The position numbers were made by a program, and so were the translations under genes. Shown here piece after piece: positions 26,016-38,071 of a stretch of DNA of 64,000 nucleotides. Source of the DNA: Neophaeotheca triangularis. Lineage: Eukaryota. Position 1 is the stretch's first letter, and each line of letters starts with the position of its first letter. The notes beneath the pieces are model-generated. The model saw only the letters and a list, made by a program, of their open reading frames with translations. It ran no database searches and was not told the origin of the DNA. The DNA lies in the NCBI GenBank assembly GCA_054600435.1, contig BAAIJX010000022.1:62001-126000 (forward strand), in the 5' to 3' direction.

Positions 26016-26774
26016 ATGCCAACCGACCCCGCAACCAACCGCCCCCTCCCCGTAGACGCCATCCAAAGAACAACCCACACAACCCCCTCAGTGCACATCT
26101 ACGCCATCCCGCCCTTGGCCTCCACAAGCGGCTTCAAAGCGACGTCCTGGACAAGCCCACCCAACCCCACCGCGAAACAAATCTTCACCGCCCGCCTGCG
26201 CGTGCTCGAAACCTCTCACCACGACACTTCAAACCCCGATAGCATTAAAACTGATATTCTGCTCGAGGATGGTAACAGCGGGGAGTTGTTCGCGGCGGCG
26301 CCATACACGGCTGTCTCGGTCGTACAGCAGGCGGTGGACTCGAGTCGGTTTTTTGCGGTTAGGGTTGTCGGTGAGGGGGGCATGAAAGCGACGTTGGGGT
26401 TGGGGTTTGAGGATCGGGCGGAGGCTTTTGATTTTGGGCTTGCGCTTGGGGAGGCGAGGAAGGTGCTGGGGTTTCTGGGGGAGGCGGAGGGGAGGAGTGG
26501 GAACGGGACTGGTGGGGATGATGTGGGAAAGCGGGATTGGAGTTTGAAGGAAGGGGAGAAAATTTCTATTGAGGTCGGGGGAAAGGGGAGAAGGGAGGGT
26601 GGTGCTGCGGAAAGTGTGGATGGTGGTTTTAAGAGGGATGATGGCGCGGCTCTGTTCTCGATTGCGCCGCCGCCTAGTGGTGCTACGAATGCGCAATCTT
26701 CGACTGCGGTGGATAACAAGCAGGCTGCAGCGGACTTTGGCTTTGACGACGGAGAGTTTGGCGAGTTTCAGTGA
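26016..26774 (+). CDS. NECAP-like adaptin ear-binding protein (PHear domain)
   Basis: VHIYAIPP, GELFAAAP, VDSSRFFAVRV and LGLGFEDRAEAFDF; ends DDGEFGEFQ. First ATG is at 26016. Confidence 0.88.
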   Translation: MPTDPATNRPLPVDAIQRTTHTTPSVHIYAIPPLASTSGFKATSWTSPPNPTAKQIFTARLRVLETSHHDTSNPDSIKTDILLEDGNSGELFAAAPYTAVSVVQQAVDSSRFFAVRVVGEGGMKATLGLGFEDRAEAFDFGLALGEARKVLGFLGEAEGRSGNGTGGDDVGKRDWSLKEGEKISIEVGGKGRREGGAAESVDGGFKRDDGAALFSIAPPPSGATNAQSSTAVDNKQAAADFGFDDGEFGEFQ

Positions 26775-26858
26775 AGCAAGAAGCCTCTTTGCTACTACTT
26801 TTACAAGATATGGCCTTTTTGGGCGTTCATTCGATGCTCGATTGATGGGCAAGCTAGC

Positions 26859-28253
26859 TCACCTCGGCCGCAGCAAGACGAACATCAAACCCATTACCGC
26901 AACACCGGTAGCCGCACCCTCGAGAGCGATCGTCGTAATTTCGGCCTTTTTGAGCTGAATGATCCGCTCGCTAAAGAGATCCTGAAAGCTTTCTTGATAA
27001 GATTGCCAAAGGCCGGCCCAGGTTGAAAGGTCGGCAGGCGGAAAACTTGCGGAAGGCACTTCAGCTGTAGCAGGCTCCGGAATGACCTCGACAGCCTCCT
27101 CTGGCAGGACTTCGCCCGCGGCTAGCGCAGTCTTTCCAGCATCTTCCTCCTCTGGCACAGTGGCATCTAGCGGTTGCGTGGCAGTTGTCTTCTCCTCTTC
27201 TTTCACCGCCTCCTCAACAACCTCGACAGGTGTCCCAGCTGGCTCGACAACCTCGTCGATCTGCTTCTCGGCCTCGGCAACAGAAGCAGCAGCAGGCGCT
27301 GGAGCAGGAGCGGGAGCAGCCACGGGCAGACTCCTCTCATCGAGCGCGGTCTTGACCTGCGCAACAATCTTTCTCCGTCGATACGGCTCAAAAATCAACA
27401 ACTGCGCCAACAGCAAAACGATATTGACCCCCATCAGCCCGAAAGTAACCCAAGTACTGTTCCTGCGGATCGTATCGCTCCAAATCTGCTCCTCGTGATA
27501 CTGCTTGCGCTCCAATCGCTCCAACAGACTCCTAGACTCATCCAACCGTCTTTCAGAAGCTGACAGATCGTCCCGCGCAGCTTGCACATCCTGCTCATTG
27601 AGGTGTTCAGAGCGGATTAGCGACATGTATCGCTCGAGATCGGCAGGAGTCCAGTTGCTCTTCCGCTCAAGCAGAGCGACAACTTCCTTCTGACTAGAAG
27701 TCTGTTTGGCATGGCTATCACTGTAGCGGCCCTTGGCTTCTTCTACCATTCTATGGCAGTCCTTGACATCCGCCTCTTGTTTTATAATGTCCCCTCGTAA
27801 GGCTTCGATGCCGGAGTAGTCTGTGCCCGTGAGAGTGTTGATTTGCTGCCCGGCTGTGGAAGCACGTGCTAGTACTTGGTCCATTATCTTCGTCCATCGT
27901 TTTGAGAGATCGGATCGTTTCTGCGCCATGCGTGAGGGCAGGCTCTCTTGCTTTGTGCTGGAGGGGTGTTGTCCTTCCCTTCCAGCGACGTCGGGTCGAT
28001 CTGGTAAATCATCTTGGAGTCTCGTCTGGGACGAAAACGCCCGTATTACTGCCCATCCTTCGAATTTCCCTTTCCCTGCTAAACCTTCCCTAACGTTGGT
28101 CCGACTTCTGCACCCGAGGCAGACCCATGGCTTTGAACGCTGCTCGCCAAAAGATCTCCTCACTACCGTGGAGACATCAGCACCATCTCCGAGTATTCTG
28201 CTTGGGTTCGCTCTCCGTAGTGCCGACGCGCCATAGCGAGTCAATGGTTGCAT
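26859..28253 (-). CDS. SHE9: Mitochondrial inner-membrane protein She9/Mdm33
   Basis: TGTDYSGIEAL, SQKEVVALLERK, YHEEQIWSDTIRRNSTWVTFGLMGVN and a C-terminal TM segment. Confidence 0.92.
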   Translation of the reverse strand: MQPLTRYGASALRRANPSRILGDGADVSTVVRRSFGEQRSKPWVCLGCRSRTNVREGLAGKGKFEGWAVIRAFSSQTRLQDDLPDRPDVAGREGQHPSSTKQESLPSRMAQKRSDLSKRWTKIMDQVLARASTAGQQINTLTGTDYSGIEALRGDIIKQEADVKDCHRMVEEAKGRYSDSHAKQTSSQKEVVALLERKSNWTPADLERYMSLIRSEHLNEQDVQAARDDLSASERRLDESRSLLERLERKQYHEEQIWSDTIRRNSTWVTFGLMGVNIVLLLAQLLIFEPYRRRKIVAQVKTALDERSLPVAAPAPAPAPAAASVAEAEKQIDEVVEPAGTPVEVVEEAVKEEEKTTATQPLDATVPEEEDAGKTALAAGEVLPEEAVEVIPEPATAEVPSASFPPADLSTWAGLWQSYQESFQDLFSERIIQLKKAEITTIALEGAATGVAVMGLMFVLLRPR

Positions 28254-28724
28254 CGCAGATAACTTCTTCTCGAAGGAGTCATATTTCGGCAGTAGCCCGA
28301 GTACAGAAAGCTGGAGGTTGAATGCGGAGGTAGTCGGAGATGTTGGATGGGTTTAATCTTATCTCATCTAGATTGGACTATCATCTTATCTTCCCAAGAT
28401 CTATCATCGGCTGCCCGCGGCGGGGCGTGTCGAGTCCATGGCCCAACGTCATCGGACAGAATGTCGGCAAAACTCAAAAAAATATCACGTCGATCCGGAA
28501 GATATCGTGGACTTGGGCAACGGCGCCTCAACGATAAGATAGCCAAGGGATAATTAATTCTTTATTTACCGTACCTTACCCTTGCCTACTTAAATTATAC
28601 CCACTCTCGCATATCCACCTTTTGACTTGACTCACTCGGTATAACGAATACGATACCCATAACCTTCTTCTACAGTCTCCAGACCAAACCTACCCATTCA
28701 ATCAAACTATTCCACCCACTCAAA

Positions 28725-29786
28725 ATGGCATCCGGCGATCTTCCCGCACTGAACTGGCCCTTCCCTAACCCCAAGTTCATCTTCTTCACCGACTTCGACG
28801 GTACCATTACGCTGCAGGACAGCAATGACTTCATGGTAGGCAGTGGCATGTATGGCAATCAGAGCATCAGCATGTACTAACTACCAAACCAGACAGACAC
28901 TCTCGGCATGGGCTACGAGAAGCGCAGAGTCCTCAACCGCGATGTCCTCTCCGGCAAGCAGACCTTCAGGTTCGCCTCTCCCCCATATCGTTCCCCGTTC
29001 GCCTCCACAAGCTAACCCCTTTCCCCGCACAGAGACACCTTCATGGCCCAGATGGACTCTGTCGCCGCCGTCAAGCCTTTCCCTGAATGCGTCGAGTACC
29101 TGAAGCAGAACATCAAGCTCGACCCGGGTTTCAACGAGTACTTCCAGTGGGCGCTGGCCAACAACATTCCCACTGTTGTCGTCTCTTCTGGCATGACACC
29201 TGTGATTCGCGCGCTGTTGAGCAAGCTTGTCGGTCCCGATGCCGAGAAGATTCAGGTTGTTTGCAACCACCCTGAGCCCGCGAACGGCAAGTCGATCGAC
29301 GAGGTTGGCGGGTGGAAGTTGAAGTACCACGATGACAGGTGAGTGAGATTGTAAAGGCGTTTTGTGGTTCTCAGCGTCATGCTCATTCTTTTCAGCCATT
29401 TCGGCCACGACAAGTCCCTCACCCTCAGGCCCTACGCTCAGCTCCCGGCCGACAAGAGACCGACAATGTTCTACGCCGGTGACGGTGTCTCTGACATGTC
29501 AGCCGCTCGCGAGACCGACCTGCTTTTCGCCAAAAAGGGTCATGGTAAGTCTACCCTTCCCTCACAGTATATCGGTTTTGCGAATTGCTGCTAATATCTA
29601 CATCCAGATCTCATCACCTACTGCGCCCGTGACAATGTCCCCTTCAATGTCTTCGAGGACTGGACACAAATCCACGCCACCGTCAAGGAGATTGTCGAGG
29701 GCAAGCGGTCCGTGCAAGATGCCGCCAAGGAGGGTTACGAGCAATACAAGGCCGGTGAGGCCGGTGTGAACGGCCAGGCCAAGTAG
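28725..29786 (+). CDS. HAD-superfamily phosphatase (MtnX-like / yeast YNL010W-Pyp1-like); 4 introns
   Basis: FFTDFDGTIT (motif I), VVVSSGM (II), FGHDKS (III) and YAGDGVSD (IV); canonical GT-AG introns. Confidence 0.87.
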
Positions 29787-30097
29787 ATGTAGCAATCTCC
29801 TCTTGGACTGGAATATGGGTAGATGACTCGACGGATTAGACATACGTATATAGATGGATAGATTGATCATGACTTGTAGATAGAATGGTTCTCAACAGCC
29901 AACGGCTTCTGCTCGTCTGATCAAAACAAATTTTTCAAGTAAAATGCTAGCAGCCGCGACACAGTTGTTTCTCTCAAGTGATAAAGACTTGCTTATCATG
30001 CTCACGTTGTGTTTTATTAGACTTGAATCCGCAAGATCTCACGCAATATGGTGTAACATATCTATAGGGTGAGTGTTGGTGTTACGAATGCAGCTCT

Positions 30098-31402
30098 ATG
30101 TCCAACTCAGATATCACGGGCAACTCAGATATCACGGACACCAGGTTGATAGACATAACGGCAATCATGGACCGCGCAATAAACGCCTGGCTAGCCTCAT
30201 CAGCTACCTCAGAAGTTGCTTACTCCCGCTCCAAATGTCCAGATCTCCAAGCCGACCTCAAAGCCCTCAAAAAGTCACATCAAATCTACGGTCGCCTCCT
30301 AATTTTGCCTGCCAAACTGGACCAGAGCCCCTGGTGGCAAGACCCAAAGAACGAAGCAGACCGCAACGACCTCTACAAAAACCTCTGCAACCACCTCAAA
30401 ACCACGCACATAGCCATCACACCCCCAATCCCACCTAAACGCCTCGCAGCCCAAGGTGAAGCCTCCACCACGGCCCTCCCTACCCAACCCCCATACCCGG
30501 CAGAAGAAAACTCCGTCCGCTCCCCCCTAAACTTCCACCCTCTCCACGGCGACTTCGGTCCGGCAACCCTCACCGGGCCCAAAACCCACCCAGACCGCAC
30601 CGACTTCGCCCTCGCGTTCTGGACAACCACCACGCAAAACCGCCTCCACCAAACCTGGGCACCGCGCTGGACCATGTTCTCCCGCGGCAACATTGCGGAA
30701 AAAGCGCGGCTTTTGTCTCTGTCTTCGGTTTCGCAAGCTGTGGACCAAGGCAGACGGGGGAGGGGCACGACCGCTGTGGATTTGTATGCGGGGATAGGGT
30801 ATTTTGCTTTTAGTTATGCGAGGGCGGGGGTGAGGAGGGTGCTTTGTTGGGATGTTAATGGGTGGAGTTTGGAGGGGTTGAGGAGGGGGGCGAGGGGGAA
30901 CGGGTTTGGGGTGAGGGATGTGGTTGGGGGGGAGGAGGGAGATGGGGAGGGGGTGGAGAGAGTGTTGAGGCGGGCGGCGGCGGTGGAGGAGGATGAGGAG
31001 GGCGCTAGGTTGTTGGTGTTTTGGGAGTCAAACGAGCGGGCTTTGGACCGGGTCGAGGCGGCGAGGGATGTCTTGCCACCTGTGAGGCATGTGAATTGTG
31101 GGCTTTTGCCGACTTCGAGGGGGAGTTGGGGGACGGCGATTAGGGCGCTGGATCCGGGGTTGGGGGGTTGGGTGCATGTGCATGAGAACTTTGCGGTTGT
31201 GGAGATCGAGGAGAGAGTGGACTGGGTCAGGGGGGTTTTTCAGGAGATTTTGAAGGAGGCAAATGGGGAGGTTGGTGGTAGAAGGGTAGAGGTTGAGTTT
31301 GTGCATAGGGTCAAGAGTTACGCTCCGGGCGTGATGCATTGCGTGGTAGATTTACATGTTCCCGGCTTAGATACAGAGCACGCGATTTCTGCTGCCGGCT
31401 AG
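30098..31402 (+). CDS. TRM12: tRNA wybutosine-synthesizing protein 2; true start may be ATG 30167
   Basis: QTWAPRWTMFSRGNIAEKAR, VDLYAGIGYF, RHVNCGLLPTS, HVHEN and VKSYAPGVMHCVVD. Confidence 0.9.
   Translation: MSNSDITGNSDITDTRLIDITAIMDRAINAWLASSATSEVAYSRSKCPDLQADLKALKKSHQIYGRLLILPAKLDQSPWWQDPKNEADRNDLYKNLCNHLKTTHIAITPPIPPKRLAAQGEASTTALPTQPPYPAEENSVRSPLNFHPLHGDFGPATLTGPKTHPDRTDFALAFWTTTTQNRLHQTWAPRWTMFSRGNIAEKARLLSLSSVSQAVDQGRRGRGTTAVDLYAGIGYFAFSYARAGVRRVLCWDVNGWSLEGLRRGARGNGFGVRDVVGGEEGDGEGVERVLRRAAAVEEDEEGARLLVFWESNERALDRVEAARDVLPPVRHVNCGLLPTSRGSWGTAIRALDPGLGGWVHVHENFAVVEIEERVDWVRGVFQEILKEANGEVGGRRVEVEFVHRVKSYAPGVMHCVVDLHVPGLDTEHAISAAG
30103..30137. repeat. 18-bp tandem duplication (CAACTCAGATATCACGG-) at the start of the TRM12 ORF
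   Basis: Directly visible; encodes NSDITG NSDITD. Confidence 0.85.
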
Positions 31403-31678
31403 ACCTGCTAGCCCCCTCTCTCTGCTTCCACTCCCCATAGTGGTATACTGTACAGTCGATATCCCAGGCTCAGTAACAAGGCGGCCAGAGCCAGATCTTC
31501 ACGAATTGCGCCGTGTCCGATCAGCGCCCACAGAAGCAAGCTGCATCCAAACCAGACCCATCGATCCGTAGCACCCGCTACAGGCACCGTCCCAGGCGTC
31601 TCACGATACAAGCGTTCAATCATATCGTCAGACTTTCGTCTCTTCTCCGCGCGCTCTCCGACAGCCCTATTAGCCCGC

Positions 31679-32302
31679 TCAACCCTGCTTCCTAAACTTC
31701 ATGGGAATGTTAGCCTCCACAATAGCCATACGATCCATCGACTCCTGCCTCAGCGCCGCCTGCTCCATCTGCTCATGCTTGCGGAAATGCTCGATATCCT
31801 CCGGATGCACCAAATCTTCCTCAGTAGTATCTTCACCGTGGTACTTTTCAAAGTGATGAATCTCGTACTCATACTCGTCGTCGCCATGATGGCCGGGCCC
31901 GAAACCAAAATCCGGCAGTTTCACACCCGACGCTTCGTTGACGGTGTATTCGGCGAAGCTGACGGTGCCGTCGCGGTCGCGGTCGTAGAGCTCGAGCACT
32001 TTGGCTACGGCGTCATCTTTTTGCTGTTTGGAGAGGTGTTTGGTGGACTCGTCTTTGAGGCCGTATGTTGTAAGGATGTCGTCGCGTGTCCAGAAGCCGC
32101 TGTTATCGTAGTCGTGGAGGGTGAAGAAGGAGCCAGCGTCGAAGTCGGCCATGTGGTGCTCTTCTGCCATGTGGCGGTGCGCCCAGTCGGCGTCGGGGGG
32201 TAGTTGGATGTCGTGGGCGTTATTGGGTTCGCCGCCGTGCTCGCCGTGGGCGCTGGCGGTGGCCAGGAGGCCGAGGGCTGTTGTTACTGTTGTGAGGCGC
32301 AT
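31679..32302 (-). CDS. SSP120: Secretory-pathway EF-hand protein Ssp120
   Basis: Signal peptide MRLTTVTTALGLLATASA; HMAEEH, FFTLHDYDNSG, DRDRDGTVSFAE, GHHGDDEYEYEIHH and HPEDIEHF. Confidence 0.88.
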   Translation of the reverse strand: MRLTTVTTALGLLATASAHGEHGGEPNNAHDIQLPPDADWAHRHMAEEHHMADFDAGSFFTLHDYDNSGFWTRDDILTTYGLKDESTKHLSKQQKDDAVAKVLELYDRDRDGTVSFAEYTVNEASGVKLPDFGFGPGHHGDDEYEYEIHHFEKYHGEDTTEEDLVHPEDIEHFRKHEQMEQAALRQESMDRMAIVEANIPMKFRKQG

Positions 32303-32713
32303 AATAGGGTAGATGGGGATGTCGGGATGTTGCAAGGGCGTACGAAAGCGGCCTGCCAATTGTGGGATTGTTCAGTTCAATCATAGCTGTAGGCCGAAAG
32401 GGGAAGTCATGAAGCTGGGGAAACTTTGCTGACTAACCAAGATCGAACACACGACGCTAGTACCTAGGTAGGTACCTTAGTTCACAAGGTAAGTAAGGTA
32501 GGATATTTCTTCCGAACCACGACTTTTGACTTCAAATCATTCCTTTGCTATGAGGACACAAGGGACGCGAATGAAAAACAATCGCCGCGCTTCCGTTGTG
32601 AAAAGAACGCGCCATTGATTCCACCCTCGAGTCAACGCAATGGCCGAATCAACATCAGCAGCAGCAACACCGTAAAGCTGCAAAAAGGGTACGAGTCTGG
32701 AAATTCCTCTGCC

Positions 32714-35700
32714 ATGGCAGCTGGCGGTCCCCCCCGTCCATGTACGGTAGAGCTCCACGATGCCAGAGTCTCCCGCGAAGGCGTCCTTTGCGGTTCAAAA
32801 GCGCTGCCTCCTGGCAATGTAGCCTATCTATCCAGCTCCGGTGCCCGGCCTCTGCTCGTCCTAGCCAATCATGCCGCCCCCATGGAGAATACCATATCAA
32901 TACACCAAGGATTGGCGGCGCTCTTTGGGTTTGAGAACCGCACCGAAGCCAAGCTGGAACCCATAGAGGACCACCGAGCCGTCACCGCCGCGCACATGGA
33001 GCTATGTTTCAAGGACCAATACCTCTCGCGCGCTGACATGTGGCAAATTATCCGGCAGCTCGACAGTACTGTCGCTTATTGTGGTCAGCCTGTCCAGTTT
33101 CTGGGATCCACTGCGGCCACTGTGAGGACGTTGTACATCGGCGGTGTAGAAGTTGACTCCGCTCTGGTCTCGACTTCTATCACCAAGCCAATCTTTCGAA
33201 GTGAGAGCGCGAGGTACACGGTCTTGATAGAGGTCTCGAAAGAGATGCTCGAGTACTGGCGTGGTGGCGATCTGCTATATGAGAGATGTATTGGCTTTCT
33301 GACTGACTTGTTTCACCGATGGGAAATTTTGAAGGCTAGGCATACAGTTTCCCTCGTCATGCATGGGCGAAGGTTGTCCGATTATGACCAACAGGACATC
33401 AATGAGCCATGCAGGTTCTGCGAGGTCGTCTCGATTGATGTGCCGAGTACGCAATGGCGCTCGTTACTACGTACAGTCAAGGCCACGTTTAATAACTTCA
33501 GCTTGCCGCGAGACGTCACTTTAGCAGCACAAAGCAACACGCTTGAGACAATATACTTGGCCGCCCTAGACTTTGCCACCCAGCACGTTGATGATCCACG
33601 TCTGGACTTTACGGGTAGTTCAATTATCGCCGTCACCGCCGGAGCGGGATTATTGGAAGCAGACTTCGAAACGTTGAAGCAAACAACGGAGGTCTTGATG
33701 GGTAATGGAATAGGTGTCGATCTTGTGTCTCTGTCTCCCAGGCCTCTGCATCCGGTACCGTTACTGCAATACGAAGAGGACCGCGAAACAAAGTTTGCCC
33801 TACCTCACTGGCTGGATATCTCGTATTGGGAAGGCTCAGACTGTGCTAATCAGAGCGCCTTCCTCTTCCAAGACAATGATCCACTGTTCAAAGATCTTGC
33901 TCTACCTCTATTGACTCCTGAATACACCACGCTCAGAGAAGACTTGTTGAATGACACAGCCACTGCCTTTGACGACTCTCTTTTCGAGCCTTCAGCTCCG
34001 CCGACACGTGTAGAGGAAGTTTCTTCAAACAGCTCGCAACCTGAAGCACGCTTGTTCAAGCAGAACCCATTCGAGGCGATCGACGAGGACGGCCAAATAA
34101 TTAAGAAATTAAGCGTCCAAGGGCCCATTTCGCCTTTTGGATCTCCCGATCTCCCGAAGCGCACGCCAAAAAGTGAGACTCTATCAAGACCCTCGATACA
34201 TTCCGACCGGAAAATCAGCCTGGGGCCTCGCGGATTAGCTCCCGGTAAAGGCGTTGCCAGCACCACCATATCAGTCGAGCACGCCGGCCACGGCAAGGAA
34301 GCTTCTACGGCAGCAAAATCCACCGATCAAACTTCCAGCTTCCTCGCCAAGCACATTAGAGATTCTTTGAGGAAGAAGCCTTCTTCTTTCAGTCTCAGCT
34401 CAGAGACTTCAGGCACCGAAAGAAAGTCGACCGAGGAGACCGCGCCTCTACCCGTAGGCAAGGCTACCGCTAGCGACGAAACATCAGATCAAATCTCCAA
34501 AGACTCAAAGCAGCGTCAATCCTGCAATTCAAGCACTACTGACCATATGGCATCGTCAGCAACCCCAAAAGCACCGTTCCACGGCTTTCTCGAGGACGCG
34601 ACGCCGTCAGCGGATACTGTCGCCGATGAGTCTGCTCTATGGCTAACACTATTAAATCCTTGTAATGTCAGAAGAAACAACATCCACCTCGCAAGTCGGT
34701 ATCGAAAATGGCAACACGTCTTCCCGAAAGCCATTCGCCCAAATGAGTTCAAATGGGCTTCCATGTGCGCTCCGGCATCTTTACCTCTGACGAGCGAGCA
34801 CTTCCCCACGGTTGCAGAGCTGCGTCGGAAATACAGACATCATAGGCATCACGTGAAAGCCACGAAGGAGCATGAAGCGGCTGACGGCGAGCAGCTTATC
34901 AACCAATTGACTGCAATGCGTTTGGGTCATGGCTTTCAGCTGGCTGCGTCTCGGTCTCATATCACGAATGAAACAATAAAAGAGACCATCGAGTCGACAC
35001 TGATGTCCCTGGGAGACCAGTTTCATGAACTTGCGATTACATCCGAGAACCATGTTGGTGTGGCGCAGTATCATCCACGGCGAAAGGCTGGCAATACCGA
35101 AGGCCCAGATATCGAAGAGACTCCAAGTTTTGACGTCGCTATGCACCACGCGTCGGACGACAAGCCCAGGATATGTAAGGTTCAGCTGTTTGTCCCGACT
35201 CGATCCGCAGATTGGGAGGCAATTGATCATAGTTTGGCAGGCGAGGACCCGCAGGTGGCTGACGTTTTCAGTCACCGGCTGAGATTAGTGCTCATCCCTG
35301 TTGATGCAAATCACTCTACAGCCGGTGGATGGCGCTGGAAGGATCTTACAGAAGAGGAGAAACCGGAAAAGCGAATTGACGGCATTCAGAAGCTCACGCA
35401 ACTTTGGCAACGAAACCGTCTCGTTTCGACAGAAGACGCCCAGCACCAAGCATCACTTAGTCAGCCCAAGGGTGCGAAGCCAGCAACCGACCGAGACCCC
35501 AATCCTCTTGCTATCGAGTATCAAACCAAAGACCCAAGCGCGGTCATCAACGCCTATGGACCAGATCTTCCGGGTCCTCATGGTAGCTTGGATGCTTCTG
35601 TCCATCTGTTTCCCGAGTCCGAGAGATACCACAGCAGCAACTTCGATGTCGCGAGATTGGTCAAGCAGATGCAAGAACCCCCACCTAATGGGGTGGAGCT

Positions 35701-37012
35701 CAAGGATCGTCGCTGGTTCACACGGCTCCATTTACGATGCTTTAGAGGGGACGAAATGACCAATTGGCTACTGAGGGTATTCAAAGATCTTACCTTCCGT
35801 GACGACGCTGTTCGGCTCGGCAACGACTTGATGGAGCGCGGAATCTTCACCCACGTTAGAAAGAAACATGAGTTTCGTGACGGCAACTACTTTTACCAAA
35901 TCGCAGGCATACATAGGACAACCGATTATCCTGATACCGCCAACTTCTTCGCCAAAGGCATGGGGTGGTCGGTACCAGTAACACCCACGACTGAGACTCG
36001 CAACTCGCCTTTTGCTAGGCCGATCTCGCATGTTTCCTCCGAGTCTGAGTCTTCAAGCAACCAAACACCTTTTACCGTCATCCACGCTAAGCAGCAGCTA
36101 CAACTGACGCAGGTCATGCGGAACAATCTTGATCCCGCCAACAAGTCGAATCGCCCCCAGATTGTAAATCTACATTACGGTAAGCTCTTATTTCCTGCCC
36201 TATAAATCTTTCACCCTAGCTAACATCAACGCCCAGACCGCATACACAACCCCGAAAACTGCTACCACATCTATCTCGACTGGCTCAGCACCACTCCAAA
36301 ACTAGTTCGCGAAGGCATAGTCCGCTGGACCTCACTCGTGGAGAGTTACGGCCTCAAACTCGTCCAAGTACCTCTAATGGAAGCCTCTCGCCAACAAGAA
36401 GCCCACCCCTTCACCAATCCCTCATACATTAAACTTGCCATCCCTCCTCCACAGAAAATACCAGCGACGCCGCACATGCAGCCGAATCAGCCACCACAAT
36501 CACCGCCGCGCACTTCCAACGACCGCTTCGCTTATCAAAAAGCCCTTCTAAGAAAGCTCGATTTTGCTTTGGATCTCGAAGCCGCGGATAGCTTCACGCC
36601 CGCTCTGGAGATCAACTATGCTTGGAGCAAGCCCGATTACCAATACACGCAATACATCCACAAAAGCGGTCTAATGCTGGCCCAAATCCTCAACAACGAC
36701 GACCGAGCCGACTTCCTCCTGCTGCCCAACCGCTTAGCACCACGGCCCAACACCACCAACTCCAAAACCACCTCCAATACCACGCCCTCCCCACCAACCC
36801 CCGAAGACATCGTCCACACAGTCCGAACTCTCTGCCACGACAAGGAAGCCCTCCGGACTTTCTACGAAGAGGCAAGCAAGCCTAAAATCCCAGCTCCTAG
36901 CCCCTTCAATCCCCCAACGGCTAGACTGGACAGTGCGGCGGATGCGGATATTCCGCCCATGCAGTTGCCGCCGCATTTGGCTCATCGGGGGGTGTTGGGG
37001 GAGATTGGATGA
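32714..37012 (+). CDS. IML1: GATOR1/SEACIT subunit Iml1 (DEPDC5); intron 36180-36236
   Basis: FKDQYLSRADMW, IFRSESARY, PLHPVPL, RWFTRLHLRCFRG...FRDGNYFY (DEP domain), spliced LHYDRIHNPENCYHI and YIHKSG. Confidence 0.92.
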
Positions 37013-38071
37013 GCCATTGTGGGATTCTTGGAAATTGATGAAATCTTCAGGCCCTGCGGGCGGTATAGGCTTCTTAAGCTTTGAATGTAGCTCAATTCAG
37101 GCGTGCCGCGTAGCCGCAGAATTCGAACCGTTTGAGATAAACTCGGGTTGCCGTGCACCTAGTCGTCGTTGCTTTGAGGTCTTGATGGAGGAGAGGATGT
37201 GTTGTTGTCAAGACTGCCGGGAAGGTGATGCTTGGTCTGACGCCTGCAATGCTCCGGCCGCCGAGACTACGGAGGCTCGCTGGGGTCCCACATCCTTGTC
37301 AGGGGATCGGGGAAACTGTGCCTCGATGGAATGTCCCCGTTACTCAGGTGTCGGGTATTGATGCGGCCATGGCTGTATCCGGCTAGGACTGGTATGGTTG
37401 TGGAAGGGCAGGGGGAAACGGTCGTCAGCGTTCGGCAAGCGATGGGTTGCGCTTTTGGCAGCTGGGGGTTTATAGGTTGATGGGAATGGGCGGAGTACTT
37501 TTTGCACACAGGGTCACGTTCTGATCTCTCTTGCGAGCGGGTGGCGGGGAGGACGGATATACAGGCGGAGAGGCGAACACTCACTCGAATCCCTTAAACG
37601 AAGTTGCAAAGAATTTCAGCATGGGCATTTCAGGTGCCTGGCCTTCAGCACATCTACAATTGATGATATGTAATCATGCTTGTTGGATGGGCTGTGTCTC
37701 GGTCTATCATGTGTATACAGCATATGAACATTGGGAAGAGTTAGAGATGGCGTTTGCTGGGAGTCGTTTGCATCGAGTAGCCTCGGAGTGCAAGCAGTAA
37801 TGTACGTTCAGGATGTTCCTCTCCGATTCATATAACAATTTTTGTTGTAGGTATGGAAACGACGTCTTCCTCGGAGTTGGTGATGGTGATGGGCTTGGGA
37901 GGTACCTAGCATCTTAACGTCGAGCAATGCGTCATGACACGTACCGTCGTGTGTGGTGCCACTTGCGCCACAGAAGAAACAGACGCAAGCATTCATACCA
38001 CATCAAATCAATACATACTTCAACCCACCCATATATATATCTCTCTCTCTCAAACATTCACCAAACAACCC

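Noticed and set aside
37013..37800. Possible spliced minus-strand gene (ATG about 37629, GTGAGT about 37585) and a GGTTCGAAT T-loop-like word at about 37120-37130
   Set aside because: Every splice I tried gives only a short peptide, and no T stem or cloverleaf forms.
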